DNA of 64,000 bases, from the IMG/VR virus record IMGVR_UViG_3300029892_000001. The stretch is one strand, 5' to 3'. Made by a program: the position numbers and the translations under genes. Of the stretch, positions 50,395 to 61,403 are shown piece after piece; position 1 is the first letter of the stretch, and every line of letters begins with the position of its first letter. Below the pieces are notes generated by a model that saw only the letters and a list, made by a program, of their open reading frames with translations, searched no databases and was not told where the DNA came from. The DNA comes from a virus.

Positions 50395-50751
50395 ATGAGC
50401 TACGACATCGACCTGAAGGACCCCGTCTCGAAAGAGACGATTCACTTCGACACAATCCATCACATGCGCGGTGGTACGTATGCGATGGGCGGCACGACGG
50501 AAGCCTCGCTGAACATCACCTACAACTACAGCAAGCACTACTACCGAGTGTTCGGGGAGAAGGGAATCCGTACCATCTACGGGATGACCGGAGCGGAATC
50601 GATTCCGGTTCTCCAGAGGGCAGCAGAGCAACTCGGGGACGACGTGGACGAAGACTACTGGAGCCCCACGGAGGGAAATGCCAAGCGTCCACTGTTCCAG
50701 CTGATCGCAATGGCACAGCTTCGACCGGACGGTGTGTGGGATGGAGACTGA
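50395..50751 (+). CDS. conserved phage hypothetical protein
   Basis: MSYDIDL...LNITYNY...GMTG.ES...PDGVW motif. Confidence 0.75.
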   Translation: MSYDIDLKDPVSKETIHFDTIHHMRGGTYAMGGTTEASLNITYNYSKHYYRVFGEKGIRTIYGMTGAESIPVLQRAAEQLGDDVDEDYWSPTEGNAKRPLFQLIAMAQLRPDGVWDGD

Positions 50752-50933
50752 CAAGCCAACCTGGCACGTCGTGACCAGCGAAGGTCGCATTGTCCTCGGA
50801 GTCTTCGGGGAGGCTCTGCTCTCCGAGGCTCAGGAATGTGCACGAAAGGCACAGCGAAAGACCGGCCTACCGACATTCGTCGAGCAAGTGAGGGGCGAGC
50901 GTCCCCACGTCGGTCAGAAACTTTCATAGTCCT

Positions 50934-50972
50934 GTAGAAAGAGTCGGCCACCCCGGCTCTTTCTGCGTTTAA
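50934..50972 (+). terminator. hairpin + TTTAA element
   Basis: GTAGAAAGAGTCGG/CCGGCTCTTTCTGC-G-TTTAA. Confidence 0.75.
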
Positions 50973-51160
50973 GGAGTGGAGGTTACTGATGTTCATTCCC
51001 CTTTGGATTCTCGCTGGTCTTGGTCTTCTGTATCTGGCTGCTGGATTGTGGTGGTGCCTAGCGGCATTCATCACTAGCCCGCCTGAGGGTCCGCGCCCTA
51101 CGCTTCTTGATTACGCGACGTGCCTTTTCGCGTGGCCGTGGATGATGCCTCGGCGCTAAC

Positions 51161-51177
51161 GAACCCAGACGATAGTA
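51161..51177 (+). promoter_or_regulatory. 17-bp motif copy 16 (GAACCCAGACGATAGTA)
   Basis: Consensus match. Confidence 0.7.
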
Positions 51178-51669
51178 GCGAATTGGAACAAGATGGGTAG
51201 TTCAAACTACAAGCTAGTTTTGGCGTACGTAAATCAGCGTATCAAGCCAATAGTTGGTGAGATGTTTACCAACGAGGACATCACACTACAAGAAGAACGT
51301 GCTTTGCTTAAGGAGGCTAGTGGCATCAAGACCTTCCAGCAACTAGTAACTTTCTGTGAAAAGAGACTAGGAATGGAAGACTACAAGATCCTTAAGTCTC
51401 TTGTCGACTTTCTTGATAGTTGGCCTAGTGCCGCGCCAGATGATACGTAATTCAGAGCTGAATAAGCGGAGACGAAAAGCCATGAGGTTCAAGGTCCGTG
51501 CCGAAGGGCGCCAAGTCGGGGCTATCGGAATCTTCTACATGCTACCGGATCTCGAAGTGGATGCTCCCGACCGAGAGTCGGCAGAGTCAGTGGCCCGTGA
51601 GGAATGGGGAAAGACGTACGAGCACGTCCACATCCGATCGATCAGAGAAATCGAGGAAGGCGAAAAGCG

Positions 51670-52164
51670 ATGAAGATGCAGAGTCTAATCATCCTTCGAG
51701 GAATCTCGGGAGCAGGTAAGTCCACGTTCACCGAGGTGTTGAAGATCATCGTGCCGACGCTCGTCCACTGCTCGGCCGATTTCATCCACCTCGACTCCGA
51801 AGGAGTGTACCGCTTCGATCCCTCGAAGCTGGCCGACGGCCATGGGCTGTGCTTCCGGACGGCGGTCGAGGCTCTCCAGAGGGGCGAGCGTCTGGTCGTG
51901 GTGGACAATACTCATACGCAAAATTGGGAGATGGCTCCCTACGTCCAGGCCGGACGGGCATATGGATACAAGACGGGCATCGTTCGTCTTGATATCGATG
52001 CTATTACGGCGGCACAACGGAACGTCCACGGCGTTGCGCTGGGTCACGTCAAGAACATGGAGAAGCGCTTCGAGGATCCGATGAAGTTCTGGCCCCGTGA
52101 GTACAGGTTCTCCAATCCGTCGGAAGATGAGGTGCTCGACTTCTTCATGGAGTTCGAGGGCTGA
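51670..52164 (+). CDS. P-loop kinase (AAA_33 / polynucleotide-kinase-like)
   Basis: LRGISGAGKST Walker A, SAD, VVVDNT, RNVHGV motifs. Confidence 0.8.
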   Translation: MKMQSLIILRGISGAGKSTFTEVLKIIVPTLVHCSADFIHLDSEGVYRFDPSKLADGHGLCFRTAVEALQRGERLVVVDNTHTQNWEMAPYVQAGRAYGYKTGIVRLDIDAITAAQRNVHGVALGHVKNMEKRFEDPMKFWPREYRFSNPSEDEVLDFFMEFEG

Positions 52165-52367
52165 TGAAGTGGGCCTACAATATCATTGCCTACGATGAAT
52201 CAGGAGATCCGATCAAGGAGATCCTGCGGACCCCGAGCAAGAGCAAGGCTGAGGCGATTCTCGACGAACTCGAAGAGGCTCTAGAGAAGAGGGCCAAACG
52301 CATTCGTGGAGTCAGAGTCGCCGAGTACGGAATCGAAAGAGATCTCATCTGAAAGGATGAATCCGTT

Positions 52368-52841
52368 ATGGAAACAGTGGTGGAGGTTGTTACTGGAAGT
52401 ACCCTGGGAGTGCTTGCTCTGCTGGGGATACTCTCCGCGATCGCGATGTTCTACATCACGAGGAATCGTAAGATGTGGGAAGTGGTGCTCGAAAGGCAAA
52501 GGAAGGATTACGAAGATCGTCTTCTTTCCGACCGTAAGTTCTTCTATGAGCACGGAAGAGCCAAGGCACTTGCCGAGATGAACAGGATTCGAGAGGATAG
52601 GAGCGTTGGGTACCGGGAGGCTGCTAAGGTCGTGCGTCGAGTGTGCGCCTCCTGCGATCGCAAGTGTCTCCACTGCGCTCTAGCAGAGCAGCACTTTGCC
52701 CCCAACTCTGAACGACGAATCCAAGAAGCCTTCGATAAGGTCAATGCGATTCTTGCCGACGGTGGAGGACCCGCTCTACCCACCGACACCTACGATCTGG
52801 TAGCGTCAGAACTCGATCTCGACAAGACGCAAGTGGTGTGA
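52368..52841 (+). CDS. membrane-anchored protein with CxxCxxxCxxC
   Basis: N-terminal TM helix; Cys cluster. Confidence 0.55.
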   Translation: METVVEVVTGSTLGVLALLGILSAIAMFYITRNRKMWEVVLERQRKDYEDRLLSDRKFFYEHGRAKALAEMNRIREDRSVGYREAAKVVRRVCASCDRKCLHCALAEQHFAPNSERRIQEAFDKVNAILADGGGPALPTDTYDLVASELDLDKTQVV

Positions 52842-53019
52842 GATGGTCTATCTAGAGCTTTCCCTAGAAGAGCTGTTGCTCCTGATCGAACATATGGAGC
52901 GCATTAACGAGGACACAAAAGTGCTCGGAGGAGCCACTCCAGAAACCAAGCGTCGGCAATTCAAGGAACTGCTCTCGAAGCTCCACGACGCTCGCCGCGC
53001 CGCTTCTCCGTAGAAGCGT

Positions 53020-53036
53020 GAACCCCGCCGATAGTA
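53020..53036 (+). promoter_or_regulatory. 17-bp motif copy 17 (GAACCCCGCCGATAGTA)
   Basis: Consensus match. Confidence 0.7.
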
Positions 53037-53079
53037 GTCAGCACAAGGCGGCAAAGGGTCGCCGAAGGAGAAGTAATCA

Positions 53080-53409
53080 ATGCTGAATCTCTCCCACATG
53101 TCGAGCGGCAGCGAAATCCCGGAGCGCTACGAGACGGACGAGGCGAGCGAGGACGCGCCGCAACTCATCACCCGCACGCTCTCCAGCAAGGAGCGCATCA
53201 TCGAGTGCCTTCGGGATGCCGGCGGCGACTCGCTCTCGGCGGCGGAGATCGCCGAGGAGACAGGGCTCCCCAAGAAGAAGATCCAGAAGTTCCTGGAGAA
53301 GGTGAGCAACGTCGAGCTGAACAGCCGCGAGGTGTTCGAGGACGAGAACGCTCCCGGTTCGTACTTCCTGACGGAGCCGCTGTTCGAGAAGCTGGCGGTC
53401 GGGTTCTAG
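53080..53409 (+). CDS. winged helix-turn-helix protein
   Basis: RIIECL......LSAAEIAEETGLPKKKIQKFL. Confidence 0.7.
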   Translation: MLNLSHMSSGSEIPERYETDEASEDAPQLITRTLSSKERIIECLRDAGGDSLSAAEIAEETGLPKKKIQKFLEKVSNVELNSREVFEDENAPGSYFLTEPLFEKLAVGF

Positions 53410-53505
53410 TCATGAACGACGAGGTTCTACTGCTGCGAATGGCGCAAGTCGTCGCCCTCCTCGCAATTGCCTCCGGTGTGCTGCTCGCAGCAGCTAGACT
53501 CCTCT

Positions 53506-53546
53506 GAAAGGGGGCGGGCCGGTGGCCCGCCCCCTTTCGCATTTAA
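53506..53546 (+). terminator. hairpin + TTTAA element
   Basis: GAAAGGGGGCGGGCC-GGT-GGCCCGCCCCCTTTC-GCA-TTTAA. Confidence 0.75.
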
Positions 53547-54416
53547 CCTGGACTCTACCATGTCTCCTGAAGAAATCAGATCAAAGAGAAAAGAGCTAGA
53601 CGACAAACGTCATAAGCTCGAAGAGGAGCTTCGCGTACTACAAAAGGAGTACGTGTCTCTTCGAAATAAATGCAAGCACTCTACTCCAGCCGGCCCGATG
53701 GCAACTAGTTGCCCAGACTGCGGGAAGGATTGGTTTTGGGGAGACATGTAGGAGACCGAAATGACCACTCAATACTACGAAGCCGGCATTCATTACTCGC
53801 GAGACCGATCTGACGTTTTCATCAAGGAAGTCAAGTACCGATGGACGGAAAAGGTTTCCGGACAAAGCGGAGTAAGCTCTGTCTTCCTAATGCCGAGCCA
53901 GAAGATTGCACCTCTCCTGGAGTACTGGAACCGCAAGCTCAACAAGCAAGACGTTCACGCTGATCGCGAGTGGCACTACGAGGAACTATGACTCCTCTAT
54001 TCAAGCAGTTTCTTAGACACGTCGAGAAGAATGCTCGGGCCGATGCAAGAACGGAAGTCGAAGCAATCCTCGATGGTGACCCGGAGGCCGTTCTCGACGA
54101 GGCTGAGGCCGAAGAGCGCCTTGGTGAGTCGGAGAGTTACGCTTCGATCATGGATTCGGAAGTCAAGGAAGTGTACCGCAAGGCATACGTAAACGAGTTC
54201 GTTTCACTCGGGGAGGAGAAGAACTAATATGGACCACGACCGCCAAGAGCTAGTCGCTATCAACGACGAGATCAACAATCTTCTTCGTAGACTTAGGGAA
54301 ACCAATTGGAAGAAGGAAGTCACTGAGCCTGCTGCTGAAAAGCTGGAGGAGGCTTCGGTGGCTCTCTACGCAGCACGTGTCAAGGTGGATGCACTGTAGA
54401 CGAGGCAGGACTAATC

Positions 54417-54773
54417 ATGAATAGAGTGAATCTCGATGTTGCTCCGATCAATCTTGCAGATTTTGTGAGCTACCTTCCTCGTACTTGTGCCTTCAAGGGG
54501 ACCTCCCTGATTCAGGTGCAAGACTTTGGGACTGTTCTTATCGGGGAACTTTCCGACGAAGAGGCCGCTATCTCTATTCCACAGAAGGGAACGTTTCTTT
54601 TCACGGCCCCTCCTGACTGGAGAATGCCACAGCTCTTGAAGTCGCTGTCGGTTTTCAAGAGCACCACCGAGGCCAGAAAGAATGGATGGGACAAAGACAT
54701 CCCATCAGGATGCTCTTCTATCCTGGTGAGGATCAGAAAGGTCCTCGGTGAGGTCTGGATCCACAAGGCGTGA
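54417..54773 (+). CDS. hypothetical protein, possible S4-like RNA-binding segment
   Basis: LLKSLSVFKSTTEARK resembles the S4 motif of TyrRS. Confidence 0.5.
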   Translation: MNRVNLDVAPINLADFVSYLPRTCAFKGTSLIQVQDFGTVLIGELSDEEAAISIPQKGTFLFTAPPDWRMPQLLKSLSVFKSTTEARKNGWDKDIPSGCSSILVRIRKVLGEVWIHKA

Positions 54774-54788
54774 ACCCGGCTGATAATA
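54772..54788 (+). promoter_or_regulatory. 17-bp motif copy 18 (GAACCCGGCTGATAATA)
   Basis: Consensus; GAGGAGG RBS follows. Confidence 0.7.
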
Positions 54789-54805
54789 AAAGTGAGGAGG
54801 CAATA

Positions 54806-55522
54806 ATGTCGATCACTCGAATCAAGGTACGTCGGGACGGAGATAACATCATCGTCCAGTCGAACGACATCAATATCAAGCAGGCATTCTTCTCGTGGGC
54901 CTCGTGGGGCACCGGGATGAATATCAAGGAGCACCCGGAGTTCTACGGACGCTCCGCCGAGACTGGCCGTGCCGTCCGAGCTGGCCGCGACGAGGAAATG
55001 TGGCAGTGGGATCTCAGTGAGGAATCCGCGAACGATCTCATCGAGATGATGCGTGGAAATCTCGGAGAGCTTCCTACCGAAGTCAAGGCCAGCCAAGACG
55101 TGATGCGAGCACTCCTGGCATGTCTCGAAGGCAATCAGGAGGAACTCGACGAGTTCACCGAGGCGTATATCGAAGCCGCTCTGTGGAGCAGCTCCGACGA
55201 CGCGGACGATCCTCTGGAGGACCACTACGGAGTTCACGACATCGCCTCCGAATCGATGGTCAAGATCAAGTCCGACTGCCAGAAGTTTCAGCAAGACAAC
55301 GCCGAGCTTCTCGCCGCGGCATACGAGATGTACGCGCCACGAGACGGCTACACGGGGCCGGCGCTGGCAGGGCACGACTTCTGGTTGACGCGTCAGGGGC
55401 ACGGGGTCGGATTCTGGGACCGCGGGCTGGGAGATGTGGGCAAGAAGCTCACGGAAGCCTGTAAGAAGTTCGGAGAGACGTACTTCTACGTCGGCGACGA
55501 CGGCCAAATCTTCTGCGACTGA
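54806..55522 (+). CDS. conserved phage protein (GHDFWLTR.GHG.GFWDR domain)
   Basis: YIEAALWSS and AGHDFWLTRQGHGVGFWDRG motifs. Confidence 0.75.
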   Translation: MSITRIKVRRDGDNIIVQSNDINIKQAFFSWASWGTGMNIKEHPEFYGRSAETGRAVRAGRDEEMWQWDLSEESANDLIEMMRGNLGELPTEVKASQDVMRALLACLEGNQEELDEFTEAYIEAALWSSSDDADDPLEDHYGVHDIASESMVKIKSDCQKFQQDNAELLAAAYEMYAPRDGYTGPALAGHDFWLTRQGHGVGFWDRGLGDVGKKLTEACKKFGETYFYVGDDGQIFCD

Positions 55523-56424
55523 GGAGAACAAGATGGCACGATACATCTACCGAGTGTCGGTGAAGAACATCGAAGGCCGAAAGCCTTTGGTGTCCTTCCA
55601 CCCATCCAGGGAAGAGGCGGAGGTGCGGGCTGCCACCTACCCGGATAGCCCTTCGGTGATTGCTCGAAGCTCTCTCAACAAGAAGGGAAATCGGACGATC
55701 ATTCATCGTGGGGCTGGAAAGAAGCTCATGTCCATGAGACGGTACTGGAAGCTGGTCAACGAGAAGTACCAGCACGTCAGGGGGATGTGCTGATGGCCGA
55801 GCCGTACAATGAATACAAGGGCCAGATGTTCCCTCCAGCCTTTCCTCCTCCGTCATTCGACCGTGAGGAGAAGTACATCGCTAGGATGATTCAGAGGGAT
55901 CGCCTCTACGAGACGCGGGACACCACGATTCCATACCGCCCGACCCGGAAGTAATCATGGCACCTGAAAAGAAGGAACAGCACGGTTCGTTCATGTACCG
56001 ATGTACTCGTGAGGCTCCGTACATCGGTAAGAACGTTCCAGGTGCGATGGATACCTCAGCGCGTCAGGGGTACTACATCCGAGCGAATTCGGCCGGCGAG
56101 GCGTACAGGGAAATGTGCGACCGCTTCCCTGATGAGGCTGACGTCGGATTCACCGTGGCGCCATGGAAGGAGTGTTGAACGTGGGGAAGCGCTCGCGAAA
56201 CGACGAAGAGCGAGAACTCTGGGTTCGGAACGACGAGGGTCTCTACAGGTGGTGGCGGTCCGAAATGGGTGGCGAGCGAAAGCTTCGTCAATTCATTCGA
56301 GAGAACCGAACTGCAATCGATGAGGCGATCGATCGGGTCCTCAATAAAGAACCCGAAGAGCGATCGTCGTACTACATGATCGGGCGGGGTGCCGTCGATC
56401 CTGGCACGACTCCGAGAGAGTAAG

Positions 56425-56468
56425 AAAAAAGGGCAGGCCAGAAATGGCCTGCCCTTTTTTTGTTTTTC
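56425..56468. terminator. bidirectional intrinsic terminator
   Basis: A6-GGGCAGGCCA-GAAA-TGGCCTGCCC-T7 between convergent genes. Confidence 0.85.
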
Positions 56469-56478
56469 TGTCCTACGA

Positions 56479-57297
56479 TCAGGCGTCGACTTCGTACGTA
56501 AGAGCGTAGTCGCGGGTGCCGTCTGGCACCGACGCTGCCGTGTAACCGGTGACAGCGCTTCCAGACGGGGTAGCAAACGTGCCTGTAGTGACTACCGCCC
56601 CGGCAACTACCTGGCGAATAGGAGCGAGGAGACCAGCACGAGATTTCATCTTAGCCGCCAGGCCAAGCATATCTCCAAATCCAAACTGGAGAGAGCCGCC
56701 GGTGCCGGCCATGGCTGGTACTGTGATAGAACTCACAATACTCATAGGCCTATCGCCTGCGTCTGTGACACCACCACCGTCTGTGACGGTAACAGTGCAT
56801 GTCTGGGCCACAAGTTCTCCTGCTTCGTTTCTAACGAAGCCCGAGAAAACAACAGCGACTGCATCTACATCCGCGTGAGCCGATGAGGTCACGGTGGGAT
56901 TACGCGGAGGAATCATTTCATCGGAGCCGACAGCGCCGTTAAGAGCAGCACCGGAATACACCTGCTGTGCATCAGCAGTTGCAATGGATGTCTTAATGGC
57001 GTCAACATCTGCTGCCGCAGGGTTAGTGAACTCATCCGTGCGGAGATTTGCACCCTTGCCACTAAGGTGAACGCTAACCGGAGAAAGCTCAATCGAATCA
57101 GGGACGCTGGGATCGGAGCCTACCACGACAGTAATCGTGCCGGCCTCCATAGCGTCCTTAAATGGAACAGACCGTTCCATTTCGGTGAGGGACACGCCGT
57201 CAAAGATTTCGGTTTCACCCGCCGTAAGCCTCTTCCTAATAGGAGCAGGGACTACGTACTGGCTGCTTTGGTTGTTGGTGATTGTTACCCTAGCCAT
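56479..57297 (-). CDS. putative virion structural (decoration/fibre-like) protein
   Basis: 272 aa Ala/Thr/Val/Gly-rich, beta-type composition; GGAG RBS; only intact minus-strand gene. Confidence 0.65.
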   Translation of the reverse strand: MARVTITNNQSSQYVVPAPIRKRLTAGETEIFDGVSLTEMERSVPFKDAMEAGTITVVVGSDPSVPDSIELSPVSVHLSGKGANLRTDEFTNPAAADVDAIKTSIATADAQQVYSGAALNGAVGSDEMIPPRNPTVTSSAHADVDAVAVVFSGFVRNEAGELVAQTCTVTVTDGGGVTDAGDRPMSIVSSITVPAMAGTGGSLQFGFGDMLGLAAKMKSRAGLLAPIRQVVAGAVVTTGTFATPSGSAVTGYTAASVPDGTRDYALTYEVDA

Positions 57298-57362
57298 ATC
57301 AATATTCTCCGGTGGAGGGAAGTGACGTCCCCAAATAACTGCCAGGAGATTTTGATTGAACC

Positions 57363-57379
57363 GGACCCTGCCGATACTA
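57363..57379 (+). promoter_or_regulatory. 17-bp motif copy 19 (GGACCCTGCCGATACTA)
   Basis: One mismatch to consensus. Confidence 0.7.
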
Positions 57380-57412
57380 ACCGAGGACAAAAATCAGCGG
57401 GAGGTAATCATC

Positions 57413-57868
57413 ATGTCGCTCATCCATTCCAAGCCTGATATTCGCCGCTTCGTCCTCGGGGGGCATGCGATCTTCACAATCGAAAACCGGCTCAGCAAAG
57501 GCCGGTACACGTTCAAGGTGACTCAGAAGAAGAAGGGCGACATCTTCTGGGTGTCCCTTCTGAACGGCCCGGACAATACCAGCGACTATCGGTTCTTCGG
57601 AACCATCTTCCCAGCCTACGGTTTCGAAAGGCACACTCACCCGCCGCGCTTCAAGCACTCCAGTAGGGGGCAAATCAGCGAGGCCGCTCCGTCGGCAGTG
57701 GCCTGGAAATGGTTCTTCCAGCGCCTCTTCCACGACCAGAGGGACTTCCCGATCGAGTTCGAGTTTCATCACGCCGGACGCTGCGGACGCTGCGGTCGAC
57801 AGCTCACCGTACCGGAATCCATTCGGACTGGCTTCGGTCCCGAGTGTGCGGAAAGGGTGGGAATCTAA
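57413..57868 (+). CDS. DUF6011-domain protein
   Basis: C-terminal CGRCGRQLT.PESI..GFGPECA; N-terminal L.GPDN..DY...G. Confidence 0.75.
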   Translation: MSLIHSKPDIRRFVLGGHAIFTIENRLSKGRYTFKVTQKKKGDIFWVSLLNGPDNTSDYRFFGTIFPAYGFERHTHPPRFKHSSRGQISEAAPSAVAWKWFFQRLFHDQRDFPIEFEFHHAGRCGRCGRQLTVPESIRTGFGPECAERVGI

Positions 57869-58444
57869 TGAAGGACCGACGAGAATTCCTCGCTGCACTC
57901 GTGAGTCTGTGCTCCGAGTACGGCGTAGAAATCAACGGCGACTTCGCAATCTGGCCTTCGGACGCCGACGCTCAGGCTGCGGCACTCCTACCGGAAATCG
58001 AATCCGTGAGTGCCGAGGGAATTCAGGTGGGCCGCCGAGCGGATCGCCACTTCCCACGCCCCTGGACGGACGAAATGCACCAAGCCTATCGGCTTGGATA
58101 CATGCACAAGGTAGTCGCAGGAGTAGCAAAACCCTTGTGCTCTCCTGGATACGAGCCATACTACTGGCTTGGATGGTCCCACGGTGGAAAAGAAATACAT
58201 GACAATGGATGACGACAAGGTGTGTTCGAAGTGCGGAGAAGTAGTCACCGTAGACTACGAACCCTACGGGTATGGCCGCTACGAAGCGCACTGCCGCTGC
58301 ACACAGAAAGCCAAAGAGGAGGCCGAGCGAAAAGAGCGCTACGACTTCCGAAGCGGCTGTCGGGATAAGAGCTACAAACAGCCCACGCTCGGCGACCTGC
58401 TTCGCCTTCAGCAGGAGAAGAAGTAGCGTCACCCGATGCCAACT

Positions 58445-58495
58445 GACGAAGGGTCCCAATGGGGCCCTTTCGTCGTTTGGACCCTGCCGATATTA
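58445..58495 (+). promoter_or_regulatory. hairpin followed by 17-bp motif copy 20 (58479-58495)
   Basis: GACGAAGGGTCCC/GGGGCCCTTTCGTC, then GGACCCTGCCGATATTA; TGCCGAT pairs with ATCGGCA at 58496. Confidence 0.7.
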
Positions 58496-59631
58496 ATCGG
58501 CAAGCGAGGTGAGCAAATGGGAATGATCATCTATCACAAAATCACCGCCGAGATCACGGGACCGGATGGCCGAGAGTGGCTTGTCAGCATCGAGCCCCCA
58601 GCAAAGGAACAAAAGCCTGGCGAGGTCTGGGTCAAATGGGATGCCACCATCCGGAGACTCTTCACGAGGGAGGAGCTGGAGCAGCTCGGTGGTGTCGAGC
58701 CGGAGCCGATCACCTACCAGGTTCCGTCCGACGAGGGGATGTTCAAGGCGCTGAATCTGGCGCTCGATCTCGTTCCGAGGACGTGAGGAGGGGAGATATG
58801 TACTGCGATCAGTGCGGCAACAAAATGGTGTTGCTTCTGCTCACCGTAGTGTGCGACACTTGCGAGGGCCGTCAATCCAACGCACCAGAATTGGCCCGCG
58901 GCTATATCGTCTGGCGTTCGCGTCCTCCCGGGACGGCCGAATACGTCTTCCGAACACGTCATGACGCGGAGCGGTGGAGAGCCGCCGCTGGCCTGGATCG
59001 CTATCCGATTCGTACCGTCTTCTCGCGAGTCCCTTTCAAGTGGACACTCAGCACTGGAAGTGTGCGGGACATTGAATGGGCGAATCGCATGTTCGAAGTT
59101 TTTCCTAGTGAGGATCACGAGCCAGGTCCGAACCGCGTGTTTCTAGACTGAAAGAGGTGAATAATGGACCCGCAAGCAGCACTCGACTGCGCTGAAAGCG
59201 CCATCGAAGACGGCGATCTCGAAGAGGCAGAGGAGTTCCTCGCGAACTACAGAGAGTGGCGTCGCAAGGGAGGTTTCGCTCCCGAAGGCGGCGACTTGCG
59301 CTGCGAGCGTCTCTCGATGCGCATGGCAGCCAAGGCGTCGGAGCTTCTCGACGAGCCAGTCTGATGGCCGATGTCTCGCCGTACGATCTCGTTCGGGTCG
59401 AAGCCATTAAGAAGTTCATGGCGGACAATCCGAACGAGGCACACTCCGTTCTCAACGCGGTCATCTTCTATCTCGAACGGGGAGATGAGGACGCAGCTCG
59501 ATACAAAATCGAGTTGGACTCGGACAAGTTCAGCTATCGAAAAGAAGTTCTCCACTTCCTCGACACGCTGGATTTGATTCGTGAGGAATACAAGGCTCGC
59601 CTAGTTCGCTGGGATCTCTGGTGAAAGGGAA

Positions 59632-59976
59632 ATGATGATCATGGAAAAGCTCACGAAGGAACTCAAGGTCGAGACCCTCAACATCGATCCCGCCAAGGGA
59701 GTACCGCTCGACAGCGCGACCGTCTCCTACTACCGGAGCATTCGGCTGAGCGCTCATTGCACCGCCGAGAAGCTCGGCAAGCTCGATCCGAAGACGCCGC
59801 TTTTGCCGGAAGAGATCAGGGCGCTCGAAGAGGTCAAGGTGTACGCCGATCTTCGGTACGCATGCGACGTGATGAAGCTTCGCCGCGGTCACGCCTATCC
59901 ACCCGACTGGTGGAACAAGGTGATGGCCTCCGGAATGTACGACAAGATTCTCGAACGCATCGATCAGGGGACGTGA
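59632..59976 (+). CDS. hypothetical protein
   Basis: YPPDWWNKV motif, biased codons. Confidence 0.6.
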   Translation: MMIMEKLTKELKVETLNIDPAKGVPLDSATVSYYRSIRLSAHCTAEKLGKLDPKTPLLPEEIRALEEVKVYADLRYACDVMKLRRGHAYPPDWWNKVMASGMYDKILERIDQGT

Positions 59977-60292
59977 ACGTGTCAACCGAATTGAGGGAAC
60001 ACGTACAGGAGCTTTGCGAAAAGCTGGCGAAGCGTGCCGCCACGCTGCCCACCGATACGCTCGAAACCATCGAAGCGATGTTGGTCGACGCCAGCAACCT
60101 GTCGTCTGGGGAGGGTCCGCAGACTTACTACGCGGCTCCTTACTACGGGAGTGACAGGCCCGCCGCCCCGGACAACACACTGAATACGGCTGACTAGGAG
60201 GCGTGTCATGAAGCAGGACAAGGTGAAGGTCCCCAAGGAAGAGCAGGACGAGGACCATCCGAAGTTCAACTGAACTACCAAGGTCATCAATC

Positions 60293-60661
60293 ATGAGCGA
60301 AAACGAACGCGAGTTCCGAAAGCACCTCGGCGAGTACAACGCCAAGAACGTCGACATGCATCGTCTCAGTGAGATCAGCAAGATCGTCTGCCGAAAGGCG
60401 TCGAGAATGCGAATGCTCGCTGAGCACGACTGCAATCGTGGCCTCACCGAGAGGGAAAAGCAGGAGGACGAGCGGCTTCAGGATGAAATCCGCACGCTCC
60501 TTCGGGAAGTGAACGACGAGATTCGTGTCCGCTTCGATGGAGATCCTCGCGGGTACGTCGTCAGGGTGCTGTTCCCGCAGCGTAGGCATCCGAACGGATT
60601 CATGACTCGGCCCTACAATACGTGGGGCGGCGAGGACTACGGGTTCGGAATCGGATCGTGA
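60293..60661 (+). CDS. hypothetical protein
   Basis: CN...GDPRG..V...NTWGG motif. Confidence 0.65.
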   Translation: MSENEREFRKHLGEYNAKNVDMHRLSEISKIVCRKASRMRMLAEHDCNRGLTEREKQEDERLQDEIRTLLREVNDEIRVRFDGDPRGYVVRVLFPQRRHPNGFMTRPYNTWGGEDYGFGIGS

Positions 60662-60696
60662 GAGGGGCGCCCTCAAGGGCGCCATTCTCGCTTTAA
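60658..60696 (+). terminator. hairpin + TTTAA element
   Basis: GGCGCCC-TCAA-GGGCGCC with outer GTGAGA/TCTCGC, then TTTAA. Confidence 0.7.
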
Positions 60697-60704
60697 TCAA
60701 GCAC

Positions 60705-60721
60705 GAACCCCGACGATAGTA
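60705..60721 (+). promoter_or_regulatory. 17-bp motif copy 21 (GAACCCCGACGATAGTA)
   Basis: Consensus match. Confidence 0.7.
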
Positions 60722-60757
60722 TAGATGGCGGCGTCATCGCCGCAGAAGGAGCGAATA

Positions 60758-61039
60758 ATGGCCCACGAGAAAAACACCGTCGTCGAGATTCGGAGCGCGC
60801 TCCTCCACCTTCACAGTGTGGTGAGTGATGGCACCGGCCTCTCCGAGGAGGCTCAAGAGGCCATCGATAGGCTCGCCGCTGACCTCGGTGACATCTATGG
60901 GGAAGATTTCTCCGACCTGGAGAAGGGCGACTCCTACGGTGAGATCGAATATCTCCGGTGGGCTGTCGATGGCATGCAGACGCTCCTCGGCTATTCGTCG
61001 GACGACGAAATGGAAGAGGCCCTCAGCATCGATGAATAG
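60758..61039 (+). CDS. small acidic protein (single-gene module)
   Basis: AAGGAG RBS; lies between a motif and a hairpin-TTTAA. Confidence 0.65.
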   Translation: MAHEKNTVVEIRSALLHLHSVVSDGTGLSEEAQEAIDRLAADLGDIYGEDFSDLEKGDSYGEIEYLRWAVDGMQTLLGYSSDDEMEEALSIDE

Positions 61040-61040
61040 A

Positions 61041-61076
61041 GATTAGGGGAGCCAAAGCTCCCCTAATCGCGTTTAA
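61041..61076 (+). terminator. hairpin + TTTAA element
   Basis: GATTAGGGGAGC-CAAA-GCTCCCCTAATC-GCG-TTTAA. Confidence 0.75.
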
Positions 61077-61403
61077 TGAGGAGGAACCATGGACGACGAA
61101 GTCTCGATCCACGAACACAAGAAGACTGTCGCAGCCGAAATGACCTTCGGCGTGGCCGGCGAAAGCGTAATCTTCGCAAGGAATTCCGATGGGGTCGTCG
61201 AACTGCACGTTCTCGACTCCAGCGGAAAGGAGATTGTGAAGCGACGAATCCCCGACACGAAGTTCAACGACTTCAGGAACACTCTTCAGAAGGTCTGATG
61301 GAGAGATTCTGGTACATCTTCGACAACTATTTCGCCCCCGTTGCAATAGTAGCGGCGGGGGTCGTCTACGTGTACCTAATGTTCTTCTACTGACCGAGGG
61401 GCA

